A stretch of 64,000 nt of DNA, taken from assembly GCA_002189035.1 (NCBI GenBank), contig NEEC01000004.1:5332001-5396000 (forward strand), given 5' to 3'. Of the stretch, positions 42,140-55,485 are shown piece after piece. The stretch is from Utricularia gibba (taxonomy: Eukaryota; Plantae; Magnoliophyta). The notes under the pieces are model-generated. The model was not told the origin of the DNA. It did not search any database and saw only the letters and a list, made by a program, of their open reading frames with translations. A program made the position numbers and the translations under genes. Numbering within the stretch: position 1 is the stretch's first letter; each line of letters begins with the position of its first letter.

Positions 42140-43701
42140 AATGAGGAGCATCAGGCCATCCAACAAAGCTAGCAATCGCGTGGAACCTGTATCTTCGTTC
42201 ATACAAACAACAAAAGGCTGTTCTTAATGTTCTGTTTAAGGTTCAATTACTGCTGTTTCAATAACACCTGCAGTGGCAACAGTCAGCTCGACCCACGCCC
42301 ACAACCCCGGCCCTGAAGCCCATTTCCATCCATGACAGCAGCAATTTTCATATGGCTGCCACTAATAGATCCACGAAGCCTGCCCGGGGCCGTAGAAGGT
42401 GTCAAGGATAGCAGCAGATATGATAGGAGTAGAAGAGAACAGCATCTCCTCGTTTCCCTCCAGTCGCTGTCTGCTGATATTTGGTGTGGACAGTATATAT
42501 ACCTCCGGATTATTGGTTTTTATAAGGGCAGGCAAGTGGATTCAATGCAATCCAATCCGATTCAACTACCAAACTGGAGTCACCCAATCAAGCCAACCGT
42601 AACTCACACTAAGAAACAATAGAAAAAGGGAGAGAATATCGGTACGCGATCATTTGAAAAGTAGTAAACCGTACCGTAGGGCGGTTGTCTTGTCCCTGAA
42701 AGGATGGGCCGGGGAATCCGAACCCACGAAACCGACAACTCGAGGGCGCGCGGCTCGGCCCTCGATGCGGGGACCGATTCCCGAGGGCTGCCTCAGCTCA
42801 GCCTCCAAACCACAGACGTGTGGTGCACAATGAATTCCTGGAACAATTATTTTCCTACAGCAGCGGCCTGCGCGAAGGGCCCCTCCGGATTATCCGAACA
42901 TTAGATTTATGTATGAAAATTCAGGTGGGCAGACAGGATTTGTCTCGACCCAAGTGTGTCATCAGTTGGTCGTACAAAGTAGAGGTAAGGTGACAACTCC
43001 TTTCACTGTGGAGTGTGGACACCGCTGCCCCGTATCCCCTCCTCTCCTCATCACCCTCCCACCAACTTTGACCCCCTCCTCCTCACCCGTAGAAAAAAGA
43101 GAGAGAGCAGCAGCAGCCACCTTTCTTTCCCCTCGGGGCTCGGGCCTCCCTCCCACTGGGTAGTCCGCCATGCACCCCCACCCTTGGTTAGCAGCACGAG
43201 GCAGAAATAATGTTACAATGTTTAGTTTTCAAAAAGACAACAAGAATGATTTTGAAAAGGAGCTACCCTGTACATTAAGAATATAAAATTTTTATATCAA
43301 TGTGTTATGAAGAATTTTAACAATGATTAGTTTTCAAAAAGACGTCGTGCCCAATTATTGTTCCTAACACCATCCACACTAACGTTTTATAAAATGTTAG
43401 TATAGTATTTTAAAAAGAATCATTGATATGATGGATATTCAACGTGCATGTATTAAAGAAATGGAAGAGAAAAAGTAGCCTAAATAGGATTTATTTATAG
43501 GGAAGTGAAAGTACAAATCCGCCCACGTCAACCTCAGTGAGGCAAAAAGGGGATCAGGGAACGGAGCAGGGGTACTTTGGTCACCTAACTTATACCCCAT
43601 TCGAGGGAGGAATTAGACTAGCTTAGGTGGCTAGGGTATGTACACCAAAAGGGGGAATTATATGATATGATTACATAACTATTATAATATATGCTTTTTT
43701 T

Positions 43702-45645
43702 TTAATTGGTTCCCAGCTCCGGTTGCAAAGTCGCCTTCATCTCCTGGACTCTTCTCCTCAGCCTGCACTGCCTGCGCAGCGACATCCGACGCCACTCCAC
43801 CAGCCGCCCGAGAAAGGCCATGACCTCCGACGGCTCTTGTAGGGAGTACGATGCGTACGTGTCTTTCGGAGTTTTCGACACCAGAATCCCCAATCCCTGT
43901 CCTCTCTCTCTCAGAACCTGAAATTCCCCCACACAATTAATGACTGTCCAAGGCAGTCGTTTTGCATGGATCTCTCTACCTTAAAGGCGTCCTCATCCGT
44001 CCGATCGTCTCCGATGTAGATCGGAAACACACCGGCATCGTTGGAGTACCCTGTATGGTGAGGGCTAGAGTCAGATTCAAGCTGGGAAATTGAAAAAAGG
44101 AACAGGAAATTGTACTACCCAGCGATTCCAGCAGGAATTCTATGGCTTTGCCTTTGTCCCATTTGATGGTGGGACGAATCTCCAGTACCTGAGTTGCGAG
44201 GAAACAGGGATTGCATTAGATTTGGTATTTGTTTAAGGTACAACGGCTCCTCCGTCACGTGTAAGTCATTACAGAGTGATTAACAGAGACAAACCTTTCT
44301 CCCGTGGGTCAATCTGAGGCTTGGGTATCCCTCTAACACTGATCCTACATCCTTGGCAAGGTCAAACCATTTCTGCAACATGGGTCATAATCAGATCAGA
44401 ACGAAGCTATTGATGCTCCCACCACAACCGACGGTCAGATTTATTTACTCACTGAATGATATACCTTTTCATCGACACACCGGAAATGAACAGAGACGCA
44501 GAATTTGTTATTCTCCACCAAGGCTCCGGGAGTAGATTTCACAACTTCAAGAAGGGAGTTATAAACCTAAGAGGGAATTTGAAGATAGTATAAGAAAATG
44601 ATGATCAGGAAGAAACAGGAGACGAAGAAGAGAAAAAAACAAAAAGCATACTTGGTCAATCACGGGAAGGTATTCACGTGCAGGCTGGAAGGGAACAGCT
44701 TCAGAGACCTGAGTTCAAAAAGAATGGTTTTTTTTTTTTCCAAATCATTAACACTGCTGATGGATGCTTGAGGAAGCTGCACACAAGAAACCGGTTGCGG
44801 AGGGAACGCAATACTCACTTTTTTGTCATATTTGAAACCTTTTGAGGGACCTTTTATGTCCATGCCATGGCTTCCAGCGTAGTAGAGCTCTTCCAGACGA
44901 ACAAAGTTATACACCTGGACAAAAACACGTGATTATGGATAGATCTCTGGTGCGAAGTTGAATAGCGAATGAACATATGATAGTGGTTAGTACCTTGTCC
45001 CTGCATCTTCCACTAACTATGGCGGAGGGGAAATGCCTAGCAAGCTTCCTCACTGTTTCCCTCATCTGCAAAAAAGGGTTATTTTTCAACGTTAGGAGTC
45101 AAAAGGGGTGAGGCGAAATTCGGAGAAAAAGACAAAGGAAATGGTGCTAACCCCTTCAGACATGAATGCCTGATCTGGGTCATCCACTATGGGAGAAAGA
45201 GTTCCATCGTAGTCCAGAAACATGACTATCTGCTTCCCCTTTGATGAGCTGGTAATTTCATCGAACATGTCCAGCGCAGATGGCTGCTGCTGTTTCCATA
45301 CCCACAACGTCAGTTACCATTAAAGCATAAGGGAAGGTAAAAATGCCCCATGTCTGCATGTCGCCGTATACACACATTAATGGGGTAAAAACGCAGTCTT
45401 ACAGGCCAAGTGCTCTGAGAATCCGGGAGCGCCGCAGATTTGACATGTGTCGGAGATGAAGCTCTCATTGAATCAACCCAGGCGTTAATTCTATACCCGC
45501 TACCGATTTCCAGATTCTGCACGAGTTTCCTCTTTGAAAATGTGATGAAAGTCCCCGGAAGCGACGGCGGCAGAGACGAACCAGCGGCCGCCACCGCTAT
45601 AATCCCCGATCCCCCATCAGTCACCACCACATTCGAGTTAGTCAT
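43702..45645 (-). CDS. TPP: Trehalose-6-phosphate phosphatase (class III TPP, TPPH/I/J-like)
   Basis: MTNSNVVV start, [24 protein letters not shown] (HAD motif I), [43 protein letters not shown] and [14 protein letters not shown]. Confidence 0.94.
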
Positions 45646-45914
45646 TTTTGAATCACCCTGCAAGAAAAAAAAAACACAAGGAATCATCAGCACACTCATT
45701 ATAACAAGTCAAGAAGAAAGAAAAAAAGTGTTTACGTGAATACAGAGTGCTCTGTTTCCGAAAATAGGACTCAACAATGGTGTCTGGGAAGCGAAGGGGA
45801 CAGGAAAGAGAGTCAATAGAAACAGAATTGGGGATGAGGAGGACAAAGACACTGAGAATTCAGTGCGTTGTTACTTTGAGTGAGTGCGAGGATGATCTAC
45901 TAAAATGGGGCTGG

Positions 45915-46277
45915 TTTTATAGTTGCAGTTTTTTGGCTTGGTAGGTATGGAGTTTGGTTCGGGTAAGGTCTTTGGCTCGGAGTGAGTCCCATCTTTTTAA
46001 CTGTTTTCTTCCTTGACAGCGAAGCTAGCCGAACCTGCACTACTTAAGCAGGCTACGTGATGTATTTAGTTTTTTCCTTCCTTTTTTAATGTTTTAATAA
46101 TATAATATGCATGTTAAATAGTAATTAATTCATTATAATACTGAACCAAATCGTTATTCTACTACTATTTCGACACTGCACCTATTAGACGTGGCATTTT
46201 TTTGTACGGTTGTCGGTGTACGCTCTACGCCAACCCCATACCGGTGCACGTGAGACGGAGCATCCCTTACACGTGGC
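45915..46277 (-). promoter_or_regulatory. TPP promoter: TATA-like CTATAAAA (45915-45922) and two ABRE ACGTGGC motifs (46189-46195, 46271-46277)
   Basis: Motifs are visible upstream of the TPP 5' UTR. Function is inferred from position only. Confidence 0.5.
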
Positions 46278-48643
46278 ACTTCGGGAATCAGCGCCACCGC
46301 GAGACCCCCCCCCCCCCCCATGATCGAAGCCTGTTTTCTTTATTTTCTATTTCTCCGGTGGCGAAATTCATGCATGGCTAATTTCCCGAATCAGCAATTC
46401 CACCCCGCTGCTTGTTCCTTCAAAACGGCCCAGGTTTGCACTCGAACCACCAGAGACTGATTGTAGGGCAGGGCCGGGCCGGGCCGTGGCGGTCAGGGGA
46501 ACGTAGCCCTTTTACAGAGGCACAAAAGTCAAATCTCTGTATTTCGACTGCTGGGATGGGTGCTTACTGCGCCCGCCTGCCTGATTCATCCAGGCTCGAA
46601 GCTTTTGAGAAGAAAACAGTAGGAATGGGTCTTGAATAAAGCTTAACAGTAACGGAAAATTCAACCCATTTTCAGTTTGTTCTGGTTCCGTGTTGAAAAC
46701 TCAATCTGGGGAGCATATTCCCACACAGAGATCATGCCTTTATTGGTAACAGTAGGCATTTATTTGAGTTCCAGGGACATGGAAGTGAAAGCGCAGAGAG
46801 CTGTATTAAATGCTTCCTTTTTCTCCTTATAATAAAACCATCGCTATTAATTGTGGTGTTCGACCAGCGGCGTGAACGAGATACCATTGAGATGATGTTG
46901 TTTATGCTGTCATCTCCAAGTCGTAGCTTTTGGAAGAAAAGGAGGATGCGAAGTGTGGGGAGAATTTGGGAAAGAAAGAAAAGGCTGACGAGAGTCGGTA
47001 ACGACAAGGAACACGAAGCACGCAGAACGAATCTTGATGAATGGCTAGGAAACGAGACAACTAACCGCCAAAACTGCCGATGAATGCACCGCCGACCGGC
47101 CACCGGCAGACGGCCGTCGACTGCTCTCAAATAGTTATCACAGTTCATCAGGTCGTAAATTACGTTACATACTTTATTGGTGAGTTTGTGCCCTTTTTTA
47201 ACCAGATGGAGACCGTGGATCTTGAACCCGCACACAGACTTGTTATCTCCTGCATTTGTGATGTGACTAGAGATGGGTATCAGTTCCATGAGCTCCAGTC
47301 CATCTCGAGGGTTTGGATTCTCATCACCAATCACTATGAGGTTGATCATTCCACTCGAGCTTAGCTCAAACCTAGAAACTCACGAGTTATTAGTTAACAC
47401 TTAACCCTGTAGTCGACTGTTTGTTTCTCTCCATTCCCTCAATTATTTCATCTCACTGACACAAAAGCCTTACGTCACGAAAACAAGCACACCCACATTC
47501 TTCTCTTTTCTCTCAGGCACAGATTAGGGTTTCAGGTTGCTCCATCACTTCCCATGCATACACTGGATACTGGGTTTGGGTATTCTCCTCATTTTCTCAA
47601 TTTCCATGTTGGGCATTCAAGATATAGTGGGTTTGCACACTGAAGAAGGGAGTTAGACTCTGTGGTCAGCATTACCAAACTACCGGTCTTTGTCCTTATG
47701 TTACTGCAACAGAAGGCTGGGGAGTTGTCACTCAGTCAACACAACCCACTTGTTCTATTTTAGTACTGCAGACCACCCCCACCATGACTCAACTTGTGTA
47801 CTCAGACTTGGACGTGGACTCCTTTGCAACGCACAACTTGCATTTTCCAGTGAGTTGGTTTGCAGACAGAAATTATTGGAGTTAGCTTGACCAACACAGG
47901 GACTAGAAAGGTGAAAAAAAGAAAAACAGTTATGAAAAAAATACTGTAACAGCGTCCCTCTGGTTTTCCAGAAGACATCAGGAACATATTTTGCCTTTGA
48001 TCGGTCCAAAAGCGCGCATTGAAGAACCTAATCTTCTGAATTTTACACGTGTCGGTGTCCCCTCGTGTCTCACGACTCACAACATGACAAAAAAGTCCAG
48101 TCAAGTTGTTCCAGGTTAGGGAGAAGGTGCATATTACATCAAATAACCAAAAGAAAGAAAAAAGATCCTATGGTTTTTGTATTCTTTTCCTCGGCTGATG
48201 AAGTTTCGAGTTGAGTTCTTCCCTGTCCTTTGCAAAAATTTCTCGCTCGCCCCGTCCGTCCGTCCGTCGGATCAGAAACATCCGTTGCTTCGACAGTTGT
48301 GCGCATTGACTCAACCGCCACAGCATCAGTTCACCAGTTACAGGTGTCCTGGTCTGGTTGTTTCGCATCAACTTGCTTGCTTTTCACCCTCCCTGGAAAG
48401 GCTGCACCACGTGTTCTTGAATGTAGGGCCGTAGAGGGTGGTTTTATGGACGCATTTTGTGGTTCGCGTTTGGTTTCTGAAAGGGGCTTCGTGTTCAAAG
48501 AGTGCCCACACCTCTACCATCCTGAAACTGTGGGCTTCCTTTGGATTTTCTCCACCGCAAGCGGGGATGGATGTGAACCTGCAAGAAAACAAACCTCTCT
48601 CCTGCTCCAGAAAATCTTTCCGGCAACCGCTGCCAACTCCTCT

Positions 48644-48885
48644 TGGGCTTGATCTAGTTATTCCCACTCGGCCCAAAATTCATATTACATGGGCTTCATC
48701 TACTGGAGGCCCAATACGTAGCAGTAGAATCTCACTTGGCTTGTGCTAGTTATTCCCAATTGGCCCAGACGTCATATTGCATGGGCTTCATCTACTGGAG
48801 GCTCAATAAGTAGTAGTCTAAGCCCAATAACGTGAGCTTCGTCTACCTAAGGCCCAATACGCAGCAATCTAAGCCCGATAACGCG
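48644..48885. repeat. Degenerate tandem repeat (two units of about 92 bp plus partial units) rich in GGCCCA/AGCCCA
   Basis: CTAGTTATTCCCA...CATGGGCTTCATCTACTGGAGGC occurs twice (about 48654-48710 and 48747-48802), followed by shorter CTAAGCCC(A/G)ATAACG units. Confidence 0.8.
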
Positions 48886-49341
48886 ACCCTGCCTTCTTGC
48901 GGATCCTTAGACCCATTATTATTCTACTCATTTCATAACTTATTTAAAATCTAAGTTATATAATTTATGTATTTATATTTAAAACGTATTTAAAATTTCA
49001 TAACTCTTATTTTACCACGGTAATGTATTATATATTCACGATATATATGTTATGGTAAACTATATTAGATAAAAAGTAAACGTGTTTAAATATAAGAAAT
49101 AAATAAAAACATCAAGATTGAACACTCCAAATAAATGTATCCATTAGAAAATTGGCCATCATGTCTTCAATATGTGATAAAAGTAGTCATTCTTAATGTA
49201 AAAGTTTTAAATCACTATATTCAATAGATTATACGAGTGATCATTTTTTAAATAAATTTTAATTGAATAACACCCAAATCCAAGAACGGATAAAATAAAT
49301 TTAAACGAATCTCGTATCACTTACGTACATGATAAATGAAC

Positions 49342-49343
<2 letters not shown>

Positions 49344-49377
<34 letters not shown>
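49344..49377. repeat. (TA)17 microsatellite
   Basis: Directly visible. Confidence 0.95.
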
Positions 49378-49379
<2 letters not shown>

Positions 49380-50792
49380 ATCTTCTCTAATCTTGCATCA
49401 CACCTTAATATAAATCATGAAAATTTGATGCTTAATACGAATAATATCCTATAAAAGTATAGGATAGGTCGTAACAACTGAATATATAACAAGAGTCCCA
49501 TGCCAATGAGATATAACAATAGCAATGAATGAGAAAGTGGAGTGGCTAATTGGAAGATAATGTAATCTATACTACAACCAATGAGGAAGTGGAGCTGTGT
49601 AATTGGAAGATAATGTAAACTATTACATTATTCTCTTGTATCCATGATGGGAACTGGGAAGGGAGGCACGCGGGCATGTCCCCCGCACCGCACTCCTTTT
49701 CTCCCAACAACTTCATTTCCATTTCCAAATCCAAATCATGGTGGCTGTGCTGCACGTTGCCTCTTTTCACCCTTCACAATTCCCTTTTTCATGGATTCTC
49801 TTCTCACTTGTAGCCTCGCAACACCATCTCACCAACAAAAAGAGACGACCCAGTGCGGTGGGTGCCATGTTCGAGAACAACATAATGATCAACACTTTGC
49901 CGTACTACAAGACATGCGAGAACGCATCATAAAAAGATCAACTTTAACTCACGCCCCACATTAATTTTTATTTAATTTTATTAAACCCAATTCTGAATTT
50001 ATTTTTTCAAATATATATTCCATTATTCCTCTCGAAAATCCATCTTGGAAGTTTGAACTTTCTAATTACGTGTTGTGCTGCCATTTTTAAAGAAATTCAT
50101 TTGGTATAGGGCCATAGGCTGTCCCACACGTCACATATTTATTTTAATTATCGTTATTATTATTATTGGATATTTTCTTGGGAGGCTCCTACTTAGGCTG
50201 AGTTGACATTGCCGACCACGTGGAGTGGATGTCAGGTAAACCATACTAATCCTAAAATTAACTTTAAATTAAATTAATAATCACGACAAAAATAATTAAA
50301 ATTAATATCACTGTCTGAAGCCCACCCCCCACCAAGCTTTTTACACTAAAATTAAGAATGAATGGAGTACAGTCACCACAAATTGATCAAGAGAAAGCCC
50401 TCGTTTTTCGTTACTCCGGAAGCTATATTTAACTAGAAGAACCTCAAGGCATCTTCTTCTTTGCGTGGCAGAGAAGAAGCTTCCTTCTCTGAACGAGTCA
50501 ACAAAGGAGATGATGGAGATGGGTAGGTGATTTTCCTTTGTTGACATTCAAAAACCCACCCCTTTTTTTGTAGGAACTGTTCCATGTGTAAGAAATTCAG
50601 ATCATTATCCTTGGGGGTTGAATATTCAGAGAAAGACAACTTGATGAAAATCTTAGTGTTGATAAAGAGAGAGTGGACTGACCCCATCCTCCCATGGGAG
50701 GAGGGCGAGTTGACTCACACGGTTTCTCCCATCTTCTTATATATATGTGAATGCATTTTGGCAGAGGTTCGTGAAAGAAAGCAGCGTCAAGG

Positions 50793-52740
50793 ATGGACGC
50801 CGTGGTGGTTAGGCTCATAGCGCTTGTTTTGACTGTGTTATGCTTGGGGAGCGTCGAGGCCAGGATTCGACACCATAGATGGGATGTAAGGTATGAATTC
50901 AAGTCGCCGGATTGCTACAGGAAGTTGGCCATCACGATCAACGGTCAAACCCCCGGGCCGACGATCAGAGCACAGCAAGGTGATACCATCGTCATCGAGC
51001 TTCACAACAGCTTGCTGACTGAGAATGTCGCCATGCACTGGCATGGGATTCGTCAGGTGAGAAAAGAGAAACCCAGCCTCAACAAGTTTAGTAAATTAAG
51101 ATTGCTTGAAATCTGTCATCTTGTTGCAGATTGGAACGCCGTGGATGGACGGGACGGAAGGGGTGACCCAGTGTCCGATTCTTCCAGGGGAGACTTTCGT
51201 GTACAAATTTGTCGTGGACAGGGTAAGCAAACGCAACCACCTTCAACAACTTGGGTTATGGGTTGAAAAAGTCCGACTGAAGTTCCTTCATCTGTCGTTG
51301 CAGGCTGGTTCATACCTCTATCATGCGCATTATGGTATGCAGCGGCAGGCGGGATTGTACGGGATGATCGAGGTGTCGCTTCCCGACGGCGTATCGGAGC
51401 CGTTTGCTTATGATGCCGACCGGAGCATCATTCTCACCGACTGGTATCATAGGAGCACCTATGAGCAAGCTGTTGGTCTCTCTTCCATTCCCTTTGTTTG
51501 GGTTGGTGAGCCTCAGGTACATTACAACTCAAAAACTGTTAAAATTTTTAACCTGTGGGTAAAAATCCGGTGGTAATGGAAGCTGTGCGTCTTTTCGCAG
51601 TCAATTTTGATACAGGGAAGGGGGAAGTTCAACTGCTCCACGCCGGGGATTGAAGCAGGGCTTTGCAACGCGACGAGTGAAGAATGTGTACACCACGCTC
51701 TGACGGTTGTACCTGGGAGGACATATCGGCTTCGTCTCGGGAGTTTAACGGCGCTGGCGGCGTTGAGTTTTGAAATCGAGGGTCATAACATGACGGTGGT
51801 GGAAACCGACGGCCATTACGTGGAACCCTTCACGGTGAAAAATTTATTCATCTACTCTGGGGAAACGTATTCCGTTATCGTCAAAGCCGATCAAGATCCT
51901 TCTAGAAACTATTGGATCGCCGCCAAGGTTGTTTCCCGAAACAGCACCACTCCTCAGGGATTGGGCATCTTCAATTATTACGGGAATCATCCCCGGCGGA
52001 ACCCGCCGACGGCTTCTCCGGTAGGTCCCAGGTGGAACGATGTGGATTCGAGGGTATCCCAGAGTTTGGCTATTAAAGCTTTGAGGGGGTACATCCACGC
52101 GCCGCCTCAGACGACGGATCGCACAATCGTGATGCTCAATACCCAGAACAGGATTAACGGCAACGTGCGTTGGTCAATCAACAATGTCTCCTTCACGTTG
52201 CCTCACACGCCGTATCTGGTGGCCTTCAAGGAGAATTTACTCCACACATTTGACCAGACTCCACCGCCGGAAAACTATGATTCCGAGAGGTACGACATCT
52301 TCTCCGTCGCGCCGAACGTGAACGCCACCACGAGCAATGGCGTTTACCGATTGGAGTTCAATTCCACCGTCGACGTCATTCTACAGAATGCCAACACCAT
52401 GAATGTGAACAACAGCGAAACTCACCCCTGGCATCTGCACGGCCATGATTTCTGGGTTTTAGGCTACGGCACCGGAAAATTCAACATTCAAACGGATCCA
52501 AGGAACTTCAATCTGATCAACCCAATAATGAAGAACAATGTGCCTGTTCATCCCTACGGCTGGACTGCTCTAAGATTCAGAGCTGATAATCCTGGAGTTT
52601 GGGCATTTCATTGTCACATTGAATCCCATTTCTTCATGGGCATGGGTACAGTGTTTGAGGAAGGTGTCGAAAGAGTGGGCAAGCTTCCAAATTCTATAAT
52701 GGGCTGTGGTCATACCAAAGGCCTCTATGGCAAGCCATAA
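50793..52740 (+). CDS. AO: L-ascorbate oxidase (multicopper oxidase)
   Basis: Signal peptide, KSPDC, copper-binding motifs HWHG, YHAH, HPWHLHGH and HCHIESHFFMGM. Four exons. Confidence 0.95.
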
Positions 52741-52917
52741 AGTTGAAGATTGTAATCTTTAACTTCAGCTTCTATTTTTTTATTTGTGTGTTCAATCTTT
52801 AGCTTGGTTTATCTGGTCTTAATGTCTATGGAATTGGTGAGAATGTTAATCTTTTGACCGCGTGAAGATTTTAAGTGAATGAAGGTTTCCTCATGATATC
52901 AAACCAGAGATCACGGA

Positions 52918-54519
52918 TCACAAGTTAGTCAAGAAAAGACCTGCCAGTAGAAACATAATCTGAGCCGCATTTCTGTGGAAACCATCTGATAATCTTCCTG
53001 TTCCACCGTAGTGTGGCCTGATCATGATGTTAAACCTGCAGCTTCCGATGCTGGGATCGGTCCTCGTGACCGTTCCCAGGCCGTTGAACCTGCAAGCTTC
53101 ATCAAGCTGGTTGTTCTTCTGATAGTAGCTATTGAATGCATACGAGATATTGTCTCTGGTATCCAAACCACTACATGATGTAACATAACCGAGGCTGGTG
53201 CAGTCAGCTAGCCCACAAGCGTAGCTCACGCTTGCTGCAATCTGAGCATCATCAAGTCTAGCATTTGGCCTCATGATGCACCACTTTCTGTCCAAGTAAG
53301 AGACATTTCTAGCAGGGATCAAAGAGCCTGAATTTGATGCGGCGAGGTTTAGAGGGTACTTGGGCTGCCCATCGAAACTGAATATCCCCCAGTGGCGTTC
53401 GAAGTTCCCGGGCTGAATGCTCTTCTCGTCCTCATCGATCAAGCTGAAAAGATAAGCGTCTATAGGTCCAGGCCGCATAGGAGTTCCCCTGCCACCAGAA
53501 ATATGAGCCATGAAGCCTTGGTTGAATCTCTGAGCTAACTGAACATTGGCATTTCTGTCCCCATCTGTTGGCCATCCTATTTCTCCAACTATAATGGGGA
53601 GATTTCCAAAACCATTCCTCTGTAACGCCCACACAAGAGTATCGTAATTTGCATCGAACATGTTGTCGTATCGTGTGTTGCCATCGTTTACAGGAGATGA
53701 ACTTCCATCCAAGAAGGCGTACTCCACTGGGAAGTTGGGATCAGTGTACAAGCTTATGAAGGGATAAATGTTGACAGTGAATGGACATTGATTCTCGCTC
53801 AGAAACTGGATGATTTGGATCATGAGATCATGAATATCGGCACGAAAATCGCCTCCAGACGGCATTCCATTGTTGCTGGAATAAACATCAGCATTCAGAG
53901 GAACCGTCACCTTCACTTGGCTTTGATGTCCACCTCTTGTCAGTGCTTGCTGAACATTCCTCAGAGCTGGTAAAGTTATTCTGAGATAGCTCCCGTTGTA
54001 TGCAGCCAAAAAAGGCTCATTCCCAACAGCCACATACCTACACAGACAATCCAACATTCCTTCACAATCAGACATGCATCTTGATGAACCGACAGTGAAA
54101 TCAATCGAAGCACCTGATGGTAACATTTTGATGCAGATGATGAGTGACATTCTGTGAGACCCAGTGATCAGCAGCTCTGCTACTGGCAGCTATAGATGCA
54201 AGCATATCATTAGGAATGCCTACCATAACTTCGATACCTGATCTTCTCAAAGCTCTCAATGATTCATAATCTGCATCAAAAAGCTTGACTTTTTGAATCC
54301 CATTTTCCCTCAGCATTCTCACAACTATATCTGGAGGCAAGCGGTGAGATGACTGAAGGCCCCAGTTTGCACCTACTCCACCAACTGCACGTAGTTGCAG
54401 CCACTGAAATAAATGAGTTAGGTGTCTTGTCAATATTCTAAAAAAGGTTAGATGAACAAAAACAAGAATGTGTGAGTTACCAAGATGAGAAGAAAGAGGA
54501 GCAGCAGCGAGGGAAGCAT
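52918..54519 (-). CDS. Glucan endo-1,3-beta-glucosidase (GH17 + X8, GPI-anchored, BG5/6 type)
   Basis: Signal exon from 54519 ([13 protein letters not shown]), [30 protein letters not shown]...ERHWG, X8 domain and hydrophobic tail. Confidence 0.94.
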
Positions 54520-54776
54520 TTGCAGCTGATCTGTGTGTGTGGAGAGTGCAAATACATATGAGTTATAGTTAAAAATCAGATCTTGAAGAAGAAGAAAAAA
54601 AGATCAAGCAAATCAAGAGCTGGAAAGTGTAAAGTATATCTGATCTTTTGACCATGCAGCAACTTGTTTTAGTTAAGAAGAGTTCGCTTTGAGGAGGTGC
54701 AAGTGAACTTGTGGAGTGCCGGAGTTGCCCAGGTATCTTGAATTGCATCAAACAATACAAAAAAATGTCAAAAGAC

Positions 54777-54850
54777 TGTCTGAGCCCGGGTTCGAACCGG
54801 GGACCTTTAGTGTGTGAGACTAGCGTGATAACCAACTACACCACCCAGAC
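54777..54850 (-). tRNA. trnV-CAC: tRNA-Val (anticodon CAC)
   Basis: Reverse complement GTCTGGGTGGTGTAGTTGGTTATCACGCTAGTCT-CAC-ACACTAAAGGTCCCCGGTTCGAACCCGGGCTCAGACA, followed by T4 and T7 terminators. Confidence 0.97.
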
Positions 54851-55485
54851 ATCTGTGGCAGCTAGTTTCACGTTACAATTTGATCAAATCCCAAATCAAC
54901 TTCCTTATAGACATGTTTGTGGAAAAATGGCTAGTTGATGTTTCTCTGCCTCCCTTCTCCCGAATGCAGCAGGGAGCTAGCTCCATGTAGAAAACGATAA
55001 AAGGGTCTCCAAGGTAATATATCACTTCAGTAATCAGACCACCGACTACTACACTTGTCCGCAAGAGTTAGTGATGGAGATTAGCAAGGTAAGAAGATCA
55101 CAGTGTTCACCTTTTCCTTTTCCCTTATGAATGATGCATTTCTGAGCTGCACCACAGGCCCGCAGGAGTAACAGTCCGTCGAGTACATCTTTTTTAGTGC
55201 TAACTTCTGACACGATTCATTCATTCAACTACCCTTTCTTCTCACGGCTCTGCTTGCCTTTAGATGGCTGCAAGTTGATCGACACCAAAAACTTCCTCCA
55301 CTTGCCGCCGATCCGCCAAGTTACAATCAATCAATCCAGATACCAACCAGGTCAAACCCTATATTTCATTCCATTCCGTAAGGCTTGTTGCCCTGCTGTG
55401 TTGTAGATACCTCATATATCCTCCTCTCTTTTCTTTTCTGAGCATTTTTCAGTGAAGCGAGACACCCAACTTCGGTATGAAAACG

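Noticed and set aside
42705-42730. Minus-strand GGGTTCGGATTCCCC, resembling a tRNA T-arm
   Set aside because: It has an extra base and no cloverleaf upstream.
46718-46728. TTCCCACACAG as a possible snRNA USE element
   Set aside because: Imperfect match, no properly spaced TATA, and no recognisable snRNA or telomerase RNA downstream.
47029-47040. GAATCTTGATGA, a partial match to miR172
   Set aside because: Only 12 nt match and I saw no fold-back partner.
46732-47349. 205-aa minus-strand ORF
   Set aside because: No recognisable motif or splice logic, and low-complexity composition. It is kept only as part of the unexplained-region finding.
48230-48652. 140-aa ORF containing KECPHLYHPETVG, reminiscent of a zinc knuckle or gypsy integrase YHPQTDG
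   Set aside because: Only a few residues match and no other retroelement motifs flank it, so it is likely chance.
49788-49964. Small ORF with QCGGCHVREQ, considered as a DEVIL/ROT peptide
   Set aside because: It lacks the RxYIxRRCxxML.CW core.
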